Source: Balanoglossus misakiensis
Lineage: Eukaryota > Animalia > Hemichordata
Assembly: GCA_040954595.2 (NCBI GenBank)
Contig: CM082596.2
Coordinates: forward strand, 403,368 to 467,367
Direction of reading: 5' to 3'
Length of the DNA: 64,000 bases
Shown in pieces: positions 1 to 13,000 of the stretch. The position numbers were made by a program, and so were the translations under genes. Position 1 is the stretch's first letter; every line of letters begins with the position of its first letter. The notes beneath the pieces were generated by a model that did no database searches, was not told the DNA's origin, and worked only from the letters and a program-made list of their open reading frames with translations.

Positions 1-297
1 TCGAAGCAATTTGTTTGACCAACCAACTGAAGGCCTAAATCTGCATTGGCAGATGTAATAAACAAAATGTAAAGTGCGCTTGGTAAATTTTCCATATTCG
101 GATTGCCAGATTTCAAAATTAAATACGAGACAATTCAGTCAGTCGGTTGCAATTTAAATTACGGCCTGTTTCTCAGCGTCCAAGAACGTCTTCGGCTCAA
201 ATTTGTCGAGCCATTCTTGGTCGGCGATAAAAATGTTGTTTATCAACTCACGATGTTGTTTGAGACGGAGTGGGGAAATAGAGAACGGTTTGCTTAC

Positions 298-829
298 CTT
301 ACAATAACATGAAATACAGGGATCAACTGTAATGTGAGGAATCTCCACTTTTTCGCCGTCTTTGTTGCAGACGAGTGGCCCACCTGTTGGAAGGAACAAA
401 ACAGTACGGGAACGGTTGGAAGGTATTGGCGATGGGTACAGAATGAAAACAAGGGTCGCCGTCGGCGGATATGGACAGTTGATGCTCAAATGGTTTGGTT
501 TGCGTTTCGATGTTTCCAACTAAGCAACACGCTTAGTCGACCATTAAGATCTTTGGTGATATCATACACAAACAGTGAGTACGAGCTGAACAATTAGAAC
601 ACTTGAAACGCCGGTATGAAGGTATACACCGAGGGCGCCGATTGTTTGCAAGACGTCCGTCACAATTTCAGACTGCAAGCCTCCAAAGAAGCCATATAAA
701 CTCGTGAATTAAAAGTTTTACGGGAAAAAGTGTGACAAAGTTTGTCAACTCACCAGTTAATCGTTGTGCCCGAAGTTCATAGCTTGTCAGTGTTATAATT
801 ACAAGACATAAAATTTGTCCTGGCGACAT
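298..829 (-). CDS. BMPER: BMP-binding endothelial regulator / crossveinless-2, first two coding exons (gene continues off the left edge)
   Basis: Exon 829-754 starts at GCCACCATG (strong Kozak), encodes signal-peptide-like MSPGQILCLVIITLTSYELRAQRLT and ends at G|GTGAGT (phase 1). Exon 383-298 (cag|...AAG|gtaag) gives GGPLVCNKDGEKVEIPHITVDPCISCYCK, resembling the BMPER/Cv-2 N-terminal VWC start (LTGS..CENEGE..IP.IT.NPCI.C.C, recalled from memory). Confidence 0.85.
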
Positions 830-3800
830 GGTGGCAGTTTCAGGTAATTGCTTGAGCCGCCACCAGCCAAATTATGGCAGCCCAAGTTATCACCACCTTC
901 GCCAATACGGGGCCGCAATGTCGGGAACCCGTGCGGCTCAAAGTACTCACTGTTTGCCCGAATACGACAGAGCGGTGCGACTCTGCGTCTCTCGAACCAA
1001 CCAGGTTATAAATGCGTGATGTGGACCAATCAGTCCATTTGAGAACAGCGACTGTGAGCGAAGAGCCACTCGGCGGAAGGCTATTAACACTGTCTAGTGG
1101 TTTCAACTTGGTGATTCGCTCATACAGCAACTACAGAGTGGTATCCCCCCATTCATTCTGTGTCTAAGTGACTATGTCTTTACAAAAGCATCACGATGGT
1201 AAATATCCTCTTAGGCTATTGTTGCCAACAGAGTGATGATGTATAAATGAATGGACATAATTAGCCTTAGACAACAGAGGAGGCTGGTCCGTGTACTCAC
1301 CGCCACCCCCATCGCATAATAGAATTGTCCCGTGGCGTCAGAAGTAGCGACCAGAAGAATACGTTATTTTCATTGCCATTCAGGGGGTTTTTGACAGGTT
1401 TTCGCTAATGCCAAGTGGTTGGCTCCATAAATCGGTTACGTTTTTAGCGCCTCTTTCCCTGGCAATTGAAAACGACTACCTCCCACAACAACAGATAAAA
1501 CCACTCCCAGACAAATAGTTATCGATGTAGCTGCTAAAAACAAAACCAAAAACTGTCAAGGGGAGGTGTCGCCGTCACCTTGCGTTGCCAATGCCAACCA
1601 AACCTCAGAAAATCTTGCGCCAGCAAACGACCTGGCCAACAGTTTGATTCATGAAACACGCATGCTGCAACACTTAAGAAATACATTGATTTCGACTTAT
1701 TTTTATCTCCGCATCAAAATAGGATTGTCATGTATCTATTTCTAATGGAGTATAAAGTCCAGTTGACTAATCAACTGACGTAATTCATCAAATCCCTGAT
1801 AAGCACGTGACATGTACAAATCACCTAACGTCACGAAAAACCACCAGACAATTTATTTGTGTATATGTACATAACCTACAAGATAAATCTCCGTTTAGTT
1901 GATTTCCAACATTTAAGTATTTGTTCCCCGATAGGATAAAAGATGCAACTGGTGGCTTTCTTTTAAATCTATCATGCTTATACTTACAATGTTGAACACT
2001 ACGTACCAGGCCAAGAATAGGATTTCCTCTACCTATATGATACCTTTGGAGAGTTATGAGTTATGAGTTATTTCTGTTGACGAGAATCGAGATGTAACTT
2101 TGGAGTATTTTCCGCATGTTTCTTTTCAAACGACTGCGTTTCCTTGTCACACGATGAAACACCAAGTTTTCCAGATGAATGCTCGTCCACAAAACCTTAA
2201 AAATTCACTTCTGGGTGTCCAAGATCTGCTGACGCAGTAATACACGACATAGGAAATGTGCTCTTAAAAATCACCAAAAGTTACATCACCTGCCCCTCTT
2301 ATGGCGGCCAATGACTTGCGTCTTTAATCGTAGCATGTGCGTGAATTAAACACATTATAGACTCGGGCGTGCCTACATACAAATGCTCTACTGTCTTATA
2401 CAAACCACAGTCTTTAAATTCAGCCTGTAAACTCAACTGCCCGAGGAAACAAAATGCGCACGTTGAAATGATGAGCGCCCCCACAGACGTGGTCTTTTGT
2501 ACACATATTCCTTTGTTTAATACCGACTAGCATTTCTCGAGTGTCTATGCGATTTACCGGTAGTTTGTTTTTTCCTGTGAAGTTTAACTATTTCCTAATA
2601 TCTTTCACAAGTCCATTTGATTTATGACAGTTTACAGATTATGTCCAGCACGTTATGAAAATGGAGTCTTGTCACCGTGGTTACGATGGTCCGCGAACAC
2701 TGAAAGGTTTTAGCTGCTTCAATGCAAACCCAAAACGTGAACAGACTTAATAATGGCAGAGTTGTCAATCAACAAATCTGAGCAGTGAGACGGACTGGGC
2801 GCCACTGTGTCTACACATTGAGTTTTTCAACACAAATGGAAACCTTAGAATGTTGGGAACTTTAGTTGGCTCTCTACACTCTTTCTCGTCACAAGACGCA
2901 TGTCTCGTGTATTGCTCCTGGAATCACAGACCCTTGAGGAACCAGCGTCTATATGCTGGAACATGAACTGAACGGGAAGGAATGGCTTCTATATGCAGGG
3001 ACACGCACCGTATCCCAACCCCAACACATATAATAATTCGTTGTGATTGTTTATTTCAATTTTCCTCCATATGTAATCGTGAATGGTCCAAATGGAACTG
3101 ACAAAATTACGTCTATAGACAGTAACTCCGTCTACTGTCTGAAATACCTCCTTGGAATACCCAGCAACTTCACACCCACCTGTTGCATTTAGTTGTTCAT
3201 TCAGGAATCAGTTGATTGTATGAACTACGGCGTTTCCAAAACTAGGCTCTGCGTTTACCTGGACGAAACCATCCTGCTTTAGGGAATTGGGTGGGACTGG
3301 GTAGAGTGTGGTAGGACATTCCGAATTATTATGACTGACTGTCTCCATCGATGGTATAAGCTCTGGAAAAACGTGATTAAAAATAATCCTAACTAAAGAT
3401 TAGAATTACCAAGACTTAAATATAGGAAGAAGGCGTGGTCAAGTATGTCCTATAATTGATACCGATTTCCAAGTAGTGTTACATATGTAGTATATTCACG
3501 CTGAAAGAATTGCTTTACACACTGCATGCAATGGGCGATCAAGAGTTTGAATAGTGGCCTGTCACTAATTGTTGATATCACTATCACACTGACTGAAAAT
3601 TTCAAGTTTTAATCCAAGTTTAGCCGTAAATTAAACTTTGATTTCCACAGCAGATGAGATAACAATTTGATTTGTTCTGCTCCTTATCACTTGCAAAGCT
3701 CGCAAGTAAACAGCATTAAACAAACACAGGATGGGTAATTTAATCACCACACAAATGATTTATTTTGCTAATTTGAGTTGTTTTGTTTACTGTAGATTGT

Positions 3801-4615
3801 GCATTATGTCATCTTTATTCAGGAAATGTGGCGATGAAAGAGTGCTTCTTTTTCAGTTTTTGAGAATTATGACGTTCATTTTCCCATCTCTACAACTTTG
3901 CAGTAGACGACAACATTCCACAAATGAGAAAGTAATCAGCAACCGAGATGGATTTGGACCTCTAATGCGAATCTCATGAACGCGCAAGGTTTCACGGGAA
4001 ATCGCGGAGCGGAAGTGCGGAAAATGAGCAGACGACGCTATGCAGTAACACGGAAGAGGCCGATTTTTGCGTGCAAATCGTCAAAGTACGAAGGGGCATA
4101 TATTTTTAAATAAAACAACACCAATTACTCGTTGATACGCTCACTGGTGTGTACCCCCATGTATGTTTTTAGACTGAAATATTGTATATCGGAAATATAT
4201 CGTAGTTTTTCGTGTGCTTTAGTGGCGAGCGATCCGGGTCTGCAATGTTTACACTGGCCCGATCCCCTTGCGGGAACGCTTTTCTGAAGCGTCTATGTTC
4301 CCCTGGTACAGACAGATTAAATATAATCAGAAAAATTACGATGTCCACGAAAATGTGAAGCCGATCTGTAGCCCTGGTATCAGTACTGCTATCTCAGCTG
4401 TTTGTGTTGGGGACAGGGGGGCGTGGCATGCTTCATGTAACATATCCACATCAAGCTACGTTATGAAGATTTTGAATGGTACATTGGAAGTGAAATCATT
4501 GAAAACTGAAACTCCACCAACTATCTGAGCAATTGAAGAAGAAGAAAAGAATCCTACCCTATCCAATTACGAAAATAAACCTCCTACATGATGAACTCCG
4601 TATGTTTACACAGTA

Positions 4616-4635
4616 CCGGAAGTGCCCGCCATCTT
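4616..4635. promoter_or_regulatory. ETS (CCGGAAGTG) and YY1 (CGCCATCTT) motif pair
   Basis: Closely spaced consensus matches at 4616-4624 and 4627-4635 in a CpG-containing region; another CGGAAGTG near 4010. Confidence 0.35.
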
Positions 4636-4759
4636 GACAACACTGAAAGGTGTACGCCTGGAGCCCGCAACGGTAGAAATGCTTTTTTCAACGTAAAAGT
4701 TTGGACAGACAGACTGACTGAGAATTAATCCACACACAAACACAAGATCAAATTCAACT

Positions 4760-7068
4760 TTTATTTCGGGAAAATCTGCCAAAATAATATAACTTTCTCA
4801 ATTTGTAAAGTGTCAAGATCATCTTTCAACTAAATTTAATATCTAATATCATGTACAAGTACACATGAACAATACAGGTAAATATGGGATTAGTAAATGT
4901 GGTTAACATGAAGGAAAATAAAACATATTCGGGTACAAGCTTTCCTCTGAAATTCTCCAAGAAGTTTGCATAAATGTTGAGTGTTTATTTCAATAATACA
5001 AGCCCCTTATTTTTTTTAATTCTCACTGGTTTAACACACTCTTGTTTACACGTGTCCTATTTTCATTAAACTGATTCATCGAGGACAGAAATGAAATTTC
5101 CCTGTGTTCTATATTGCACATGGACAGTTGTCTTGGATAGCCCAGGTTAGAATCTGTTAGGATCCTGACTGGATAAATTATTCTGATTAGATACTCACTG
5201 AGTCCATTTTCAAACCAAACTTTTTAACCTGGGAATATTGCATACGATTGATAGACTGAATAGAATTCATTGCCAACACAGAGATATACTGAAAATAAAT
5301 TGTTTAGAAACTGTTTGTCATTATATGCATACTGGTGAGATAGAAAATACACTAGAAATCTGACAGCAATTGCATGTACTTTGAAAATTTACCTTCTACG
5401 CCAGAAGTTTCCACAGTAATGGAGAAACTTCTCTAGGTTTTTTCCAACATGACATATAATGAAACCAAACACAAGTTATCATTAGAAACAGCTCATGGTC
5501 TGCGTGTGTTATCAAAATCACTGCACACCCCAAACTTCATGTGGCTGTTCTCCAAGTCAAGTGTACACTAATAGAAAAAATCTAATTCATTTCAAGGCAC
5601 TATCTTGCATTATTTTGGACCAAAGCAAAAATTCACAACCACCTTAAGTTTAAGGTAGGGATTTATGCAACTGCAACTCAGGGACAAATTTTCAAGAAAA
5701 ATGCAAAGTACAGTAAACTTGTTGCTTTTTTGAACTGTGTGAGGAGTCCTTTTGGAATACGAGTTAATGGTGAAGATCATTACAGCTTTGATGGAACAGG
5801 ATACTTAAAAGTACATTTAGGGAAATAACTGGATAATAAAATTATGGAAATTTAATAACAGTTCCTTAGAAGCGGCAGCCATGAATTAAAAAAATCTAAA
5901 GAAAATATTACAGCTTATTTCTAAAACAAATATTTCAAGGTAGCTTGTGAGGTTTTAATGGAAAGTTCATTCAGACATAAACTTTTCCCTTCCAAACTAT
6001 TTATGTTCTTGCTTTAAATAATAGCTTCTCATTTCGGGTCAGCTTTCAATTGATATGTGTTTGGCGTAGAAACTTATTTGATGAAAAAAGTTGTGATTAA
6101 AGATAATTTTTTACAAACCTCACAAGCACCCTTAATTTTTACAAGTAAATCAATGTTCAAGTTGACTGGGCAAGAAAACAAAACTTCATATCATGAATGA
6201 TGTAGGCTTTATAAAGAGGAATGAGAAAACATCTGTCAAAACAGTTATTTACTACAGTTCTCAAATATTCTTTGATTGAAGTGGTGTTCATTCCATCAAA
6301 TAATTGATATCGTCTCAATTTATCGGTGTAAGCAAAAACAAAAAACAAATCAAAAGCACATGCGAACACTAGAGGGCAGACTTACCAGCAAACTTCCGAA
6401 ATGAATAAATAAGACTGCTATCAAATTTTGTGACCTTGAACACTTTAGATTAAGTGCTTGATTCATCCTCTATGTCACTTCCCAAACTCTTGCTATGTCT
6501 TGTTTTTTAATGTATGAGGTTGTTGAAGACCAAAAAAATTCATTTCTACCATATGCATTCACCAAGAACTATTCAACTGCTCTTTTGAGGAAAGTCCAGT
6601 ACAACATTTTTAACAATTGGATCAATATAATCCACATTGTCAAATTCATTAGTTGAACAGCTACAAAAATCCATGGAGATCCAAGGCATTCATAACTTTT
6701 AATGCAATATATTTTCTCAGGGTATGAAAAATTCCAATAGACTATATTGCCATTATCTTGCATAGCAACTGCAGTTTTCTTTTTAGAGATTCTATATCAG
6801 AAAAATAGAGCTTTTTTATCATCCGACGGTGAAATGGTCAAAATTCATGAATCTGATAATGAGGTAATGTTCTATATTGATAACTTCAGCATTGAACACA
6901 AGGCAAATGTTGACAAGGTTTTTACTTTGGTTGCTTTTAACCAAAGCTAGACAAAAATAATTGTATTCTTTATATTATAGATAGGCTTGATGTGAAAATA
7001 TGTCATCTCTGTGTATTTAAGTAATTTTCTAAAGTTCTTTGGTGAAAATTCTACTAAAGTTTATTTCT
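4760..7068 (-). other. Probable long 3' UTR of the SPATS2-family gene
   Basis: Follows the stop at 7069-7071. AATAAA lies on the minus strand at 4760-4765 (another near 4984), and CpG-poor sequence ends at about the same place. Confidence 0.45.
5939..6131. mobile_element. MITE, Kolobok-like (TTAA target, GG...CC ends)
   Basis: Terminal inverted repeats GGTAGCTTGTGAGGTTT / AAACCTCACAAGCACCC (2 mismatches), flanked by TCAA (5935-38) and TTAA (6132-35); non-coding AT-rich interior. Confidence 0.6.
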
Positions 7069-10000
7069 TTACTGTATACTGGCAGTGCTGTCTTCAACAC
7101 CATTCACAGCTTCTGTATTTTCTGTTTCTGTTTGTCTTGGACCTCGTTTTCTTGGCTTGCGCTGTGGTAAGGCATCTCCACTCTTTACTGGAATTTTCTC
7201 ATTTCGGTTTTCATCTTTGGTTGTTTCTCCGTTGATACTCACGTCTCCATTCATCTTCGGTGTGTTTACATCTTTTTGAAGCTCTGTCGGATCCGAGTTC
7301 TGGCTTCTCTTCATCTCAGACACTGGAGCATCTTTGATCCCATTCTCTTCCGGTTTTCCTTTCTCCACATCCAAGCCTTCCTTCTTTCCATCACCTTTGC
7401 CCAAACCATTACTTTGACCATTCTCTTGTGCCACTTTTACATCACCAGTTCTCACACTGTCGCTGCTGCGCTTCTCGGCATTATGCCAGTTTTGTCTCTG
7501 TCTATTGTAATTGTTCCTGTGACCTCTATCCCATCCCTGACCTTGTCTCCCTGACCTCTGACCTTTATTTGGGGACTGCATCCTTTGGGGGTTTCCTTGG
7601 TGACCAGATGCTGATCTCTTAGGTGAGTTTGGAGGAGACAGGTTTGTATTCTGAGTTGTCTGACTGACACTTTCCTGTTTACTTCCGGCACCAGTCTTGC
7701 CTTCACTTGCATCCTTGACATTCCCTTCATTTTGCTGAGCCTTGTTCTGCATCTTTTGCCGGTAGTTTTCCCGACGTCTAGCATTCCGTTGTTTTGTTGG
7801 ACTTCCTGGTTGTGAATGTGCATTTCCATCACTCTGCTGCTGATCAGGTCTGGAAGTTTTCTCTCTTGCAAAACGATTTTGTCTGCCTTGATATCGTCCT
7901 CCCCTGTCTCGTGATGGTCCACCCTACAATTGCATCAATTTGAACAACAAAAACACATTTACTATCTGACACTGAACAGATGGACACCCACATAACTTTA
8001 CTGTTGCCAGATCAACAACAAGATTTGGCAATAACCATAGATGACAATAATGGGGACTAACCTGCCGAAAGTTGATAGATTTCTGTAATTTCGCTGCCAA
8101 CTCTGCAATCTCTGCTGAGCTGTGCTCCTCTACTTCATCTTCCTGTTGTTTTTTGATGCTGCCAACAGAGGGCGCTGTTGGACTGGTGGGGGTTGGCAGG
8201 GGTGTTACCTCTTCATGGCTAACGATGCTACTTGTGATAGAAGATACTGAGGGGCGACGTTGTCCATAGTGACCCTTGATTGGAATAACCTCACCATAAT
8301 CTCTTATTAGCTGATGATGACAAAATGAATACATTTATGTTGATGAGTTCTTTTCCAGAGTGAGAATACAAAAGCAATGTTCATACAATGTCCTCCACTT
8401 CAATCTCATAACAAGCTTGGTTTCCCTGATTGATTTAATGAGATATAAAACACTTGTAACTTACATGTATAAGATGTTCATCTTCCCATTGAAATCGTAT
8501 AGTTTTTCCAATCTCTTCATCAACCTTTCGTTCACCAACAAAATTCTACAAAGAAGCAGTAAAGTTTGGATGTTACCCATTTGGATTTGATGTTTTAGAA
8601 ACATTACCAACTTTGTCTGCTGCAGTTTGTGTATTCAATGCTGTTCCCAGTGAAATAATGACACCAATGATGAAAGAGGTTTAGAAAAGATAGTACATGT
8701 ACCTTGATTTCTGCTTTTAGGTCAGCTATTTCACTTTCTTTCATGGAATGAGCACGGTCTGTCATCATTTTGAGTTCAACGGCTTTTTTCTGTCTCTCTT
8801 CAAGCAACTTATCTGTTTAGGGATGAATCAGAAAATGGCCATTAATTAGGACGGGGATTAACTGGCAAGTTGCAACTGGGTCCAGGAAGTTCGCAAGGTA
8901 AGGGAACAGTGAGCTCTCTGAGATTGTCAGAAACTTATAAACTTAAAATAAACTGATGAGACAAAATTGACCTACTTCCTTGAACTTTGACAGCTTTCAG
9001 TTGTCTTGTCAGTTCCTCTTCTCTCTCATTAAGGCTGAAAAATCAAATTCAAAGATACAAACAAAATTAGTAGATTGAAAACTTTCATAATCCCAAGCTC
9101 CACATAAAGTCATTCCGGCCTTTACGGCTTTAATCCCTACATATCATCTTGCAGGAGTCTTCCCAACTTCTTCCAAACAGAAGCAATTCTTCGCTCAGTT
9201 CACTTGAGTCAGAAAGATTGAAAATGCAATGTTGTTAACATTAAGGCTTGGACAATCTTTGATATAAAGAGTTCCACCAGTATCTGTGGTGACTGACTTA
9301 CTATTTGTGCATTTCTTCCATGGTCTTTTTCAATCTCTTGCAAGCCTTTTCATATTCATCATCCAGCAAGTTCTTGTAGCGTGTTAGTGGTACTGTAGTT
9401 CTCTGCAGATCCTTGACTGATCTTTCTAATACTGCAACTGTGGAGAGAAATAATCAAAGAAATATGAGAAGGAAAATAAGACATTTGTGCTGGGGTAGCT
9501 GGCATGACCCACTCAACCCCAATGGGTTCCTGGGAGAGCTGATGGGATCACATTTTGACCCAATCATACAATTTAGAAGATGTCTGGGTGATTGTTCAGC
9601 TAACTTTGGTTTCAGAATGATGTGGCAGGCCATGTACATGTGCCCCCTACATTAGTAGAAAACACCACTGGAGGCGAAAAGAACTGCCTGTGTGATTGTA
9701 TGCATATATCACATTACAGACACAGTTAATACATGTGGCACAGTGAAAGTATAGGATATCGCAATATCTGACGAGGTCTCAGCCAGTTTCTGTCTTGCAA
9801 GCAACAAAATGCACACAAGCGTGCTACATGTAGATGTGTGGTTAAGAATAGTTTCACAATTACTGGTTAATGTGAGAACACAGACGTACAGTGCATGACA
9901 CAAATTGTCTACTTCAGCAGAAATAGCGCAGACATGCACATACATACACACAAGACAGATAGACAATGTTAGTAAATACAAGAGTAAACTCACATAATTC

Positions 10001-13000
10001 CAGTAGGTAGAAAATGTTTATGGAACAATAAAGAAATATATGTGTTACTGTGTTAGCACAAGAATGGGGAAACATTTTTCACAACTTCTGAAAACTGGGT
10101 CAGACCGCAGTCAGGATTTATAAACAATCTGCAGACAGTGTACCACTGACCTCTGTGAACTAGGTTTTAAAAATAAACTGACATATAACTTTATCATAGA
10201 AGACCAACTTGCGCTGAAAAGATCTCTTTGTAATCAAGCATATTCATAGCAAACTGAGACAAAGCTCATATCCCCATGAGAACTTTGAAAACCATTTCAA
10301 TACAGTTGGACTATTCTTGGCTCTGTATTAGTACAATATAGAAACTCCAAATATTGAGATTTTCACATTAGTCTGATTGACTCAAAGACTTGCTGATGGA
10401 ACTCACTTGTCTTCTTGGGTTTATTCCTTGATTCAGGATTGGATGATTCACTGGGATTACGGCTCCTTGCAGAATGATCCTTATTCTCAGAGTTGTTACG
10501 TGACCTGTTGTGACCTCTGCCCCCTGTGTGTGATTGGCCGCCATGTGACAGGGATGCTGATGACTTGGACTGTGGTTTTGATGATGATGGTTGTGTTGTT
10601 GTTGTTGTTGATGGCTCGGATGAAGATTTCTGTTTGTTTGCTGAAGATGCTGAGTTCGCATCACCTTCAACCTTCTTTGTTTCCTCACCATTCTTCACTT
10701 CTGAATCATTTTGTTGTGGTAGATCAAGTGTGTTTGGTTTTTCTTCTGCCAAAAGAAAAACATTTACAAGGATGACTTTACCTGTTCAAGTTTTGTCACA
10801 ACAATTTCAAGATGATCTAGTTCCTGTTGATGCTAAGGAGAGAAGTCCCAGAGACAGAACAGGCCAATTTGCTGACAATTTTCTACGCTTTACAAGACAA
10901 TTATATGTAAAAATACCACATTAACATTATCCCTTTGTTTAAACTTACTTGTTTTGATGCTCGTGTTAGTCTGGTTTGAATGAGCCACACCTGGTTCCTC
11001 TGGGGCTCCCTTCACTTCCTTTTCACTTTTGGAACCATTTGAAGTTTTTTGTTGTTGTGGTGTCTCTTTGGTTTTCTGCTCTGTTGTTTCTGATGCTTGT
11101 TGTTGTTGTGACTGCTGCTGTTGTCCTTTCTTTTTGTGTTTCTTTTTGTTATTCTGCCAACAAGGAATTCACAGCAAGAAAATCTTTTTACAACTGTTCT
11201 TTTCATTATCTGGTAGTTTCTCTACAAATAATGGTGATGTCAGTCGCAAGTAATGATGATGTAGACAACACATACTGATGATGCAAACAACACATACTGA
11301 TTGAGTAAACAAGTATACTCAATACGCAAGATCTCACATTCATTTTTGATGTCAGATCTTGTCAGCGTTGACATCACAAGTATAACCACACACCTTTGTC
11401 TTTTTTCCTGTAAAATTCCAACCTTTAAGTATTTCATCAGCGCTATCTGTGAGGAGGGGAAAAAATTAGTTTAGTTACTTTTTCAACAACCCTGAAAACA
11501 TTTCACAACACATGCACAAAACATAATTCAAATCATACTTTCTAATCATATTTCGAAGGCTCTGTATCTAATCTAATTTCTGATATCTATCCGGAGAGCT
11601 TTCGGGCAAATCTTATTTCTGATTTATAATAATCATACTTACCACCTTCAAGGAATGCTTGGATTGTTTTATCAACATCATTATCAAAATGTTGTAGAAC
11701 TAGAAGGATATCGTCGTTGCTAGAATGATTGACTACTTCACGTACTGCAGCAATCTAGTAAGAAAGGAATGAATGGAATATTTTACATGGAAACTAACCT
11801 ACTACTTGTAATTATGTATATATACATGCAGAGACCCCACACATCAGTTGACATTTCATGGAATCTGAATGTAGCCAATGGCAACATCTGCTAAGCATTT
11901 TCAAAACAGTCAGGATTTGTAACTGATCAGGAAGGTCAAGTGCATAGACTTTGTGGGAAATGTCCTAATATCTGGGATTGAATTTCATCATTTAAGTCCA
12001 ATGTCACCATCAACAAAGTTGACTTGTCCTAAGTTCAAGGTCACTCTCTGATTGTCCTGGCTGGTTGTGGTATGATATCAATGCACAAGCAATCAGCTAG
12101 GTTTCAAAGCATTCCATGGATCCTTGCGACCAGTCTAGACAGTAGTAACGAATGAAGTATGTAGCAATGCCGATGTCAAATTCACCATGTCCAAACTGTC
12201 ACTCAATATATGCTTAAAACATTTCATGAATGTTTCGTTGTGGATTTCTTTTCATATATGTGCATGGTGAAATAAACAGCATCCCCCTCTCTTTCTCTCC
12301 ATCTGTCACCCCAACCCAGTCACTGAACCCCCCCCCCCCCCACCCCCACCCCAGTCAGGGTCTCTCCCCTCCCTATGGTCAACATCCCATCAGTTATCCA
12401 GTGCATTAACCTCAACTCACAGCTGAATAAGAAAACAGTCAATAATCAGTTAATTTCAGACATATGGTCTGACTAGACCAGAATATACCATCATTTCATT
12501 TTTTTCCATTTCCTATAAATATTGGAACAGCTGTTTAGTTCCTATGTAATTACCTGTTGACACGAAAGCTGAAATGATTTTCCAAACTGTCAGTCAAAGA
12601 TGTAAAATGCCAAATAAATGTCAAATAAAACAAATACAATAGAATCCTAGGAGTGGTTTACCAAATACGATCTGAGACCTGTACATAGTCAGCGAGAGTG
12701 TCTTGTCAGACGGATTTCAAAAACAGAAAACAACTCCAGACAACCACTTCCTTGACAGACAGATCTATTGTACTGATGATTGCTTTAAACAGGAAAGCTG
12801 ATGAGAGGATCACAAAGGTTATGGGTGGAGTTGTGGGAGGGGGTGACAAGATCAATGTTGGGGGAAATGGTTGGAAGATGATGGATGTACAAACATTGAA
12901 GACACTTCTTGAGAAGGGAAGGTGACGAGCTGAAAGTGGTACAATGACAAAAACACTTGACAAGGGTTCGGCCATCAGTTGCAAGGACGGATGCTCACTT

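Noticed and set aside
840-1130. ORF ending in hydrophobic VVITWAAIIWLVAAQA as the BMPER signal peptide
   Set aside because: It ends in a stop with no donor; the Kozak ATG at 829 gives a spliceable in-phase signal exon.
10368-11278. Multiple plus-strand and alternative-frame ORFs
   Set aside because: Shadows of low-complexity SPATS2 exons.
12554-12568. 15-nt frame-preserving microexon (LSCQQ) in SPATS2
   Set aside because: Weak pyrimidine tract, and it would interrupt the conserved NVKGK-IAAVR motif; likely chance.
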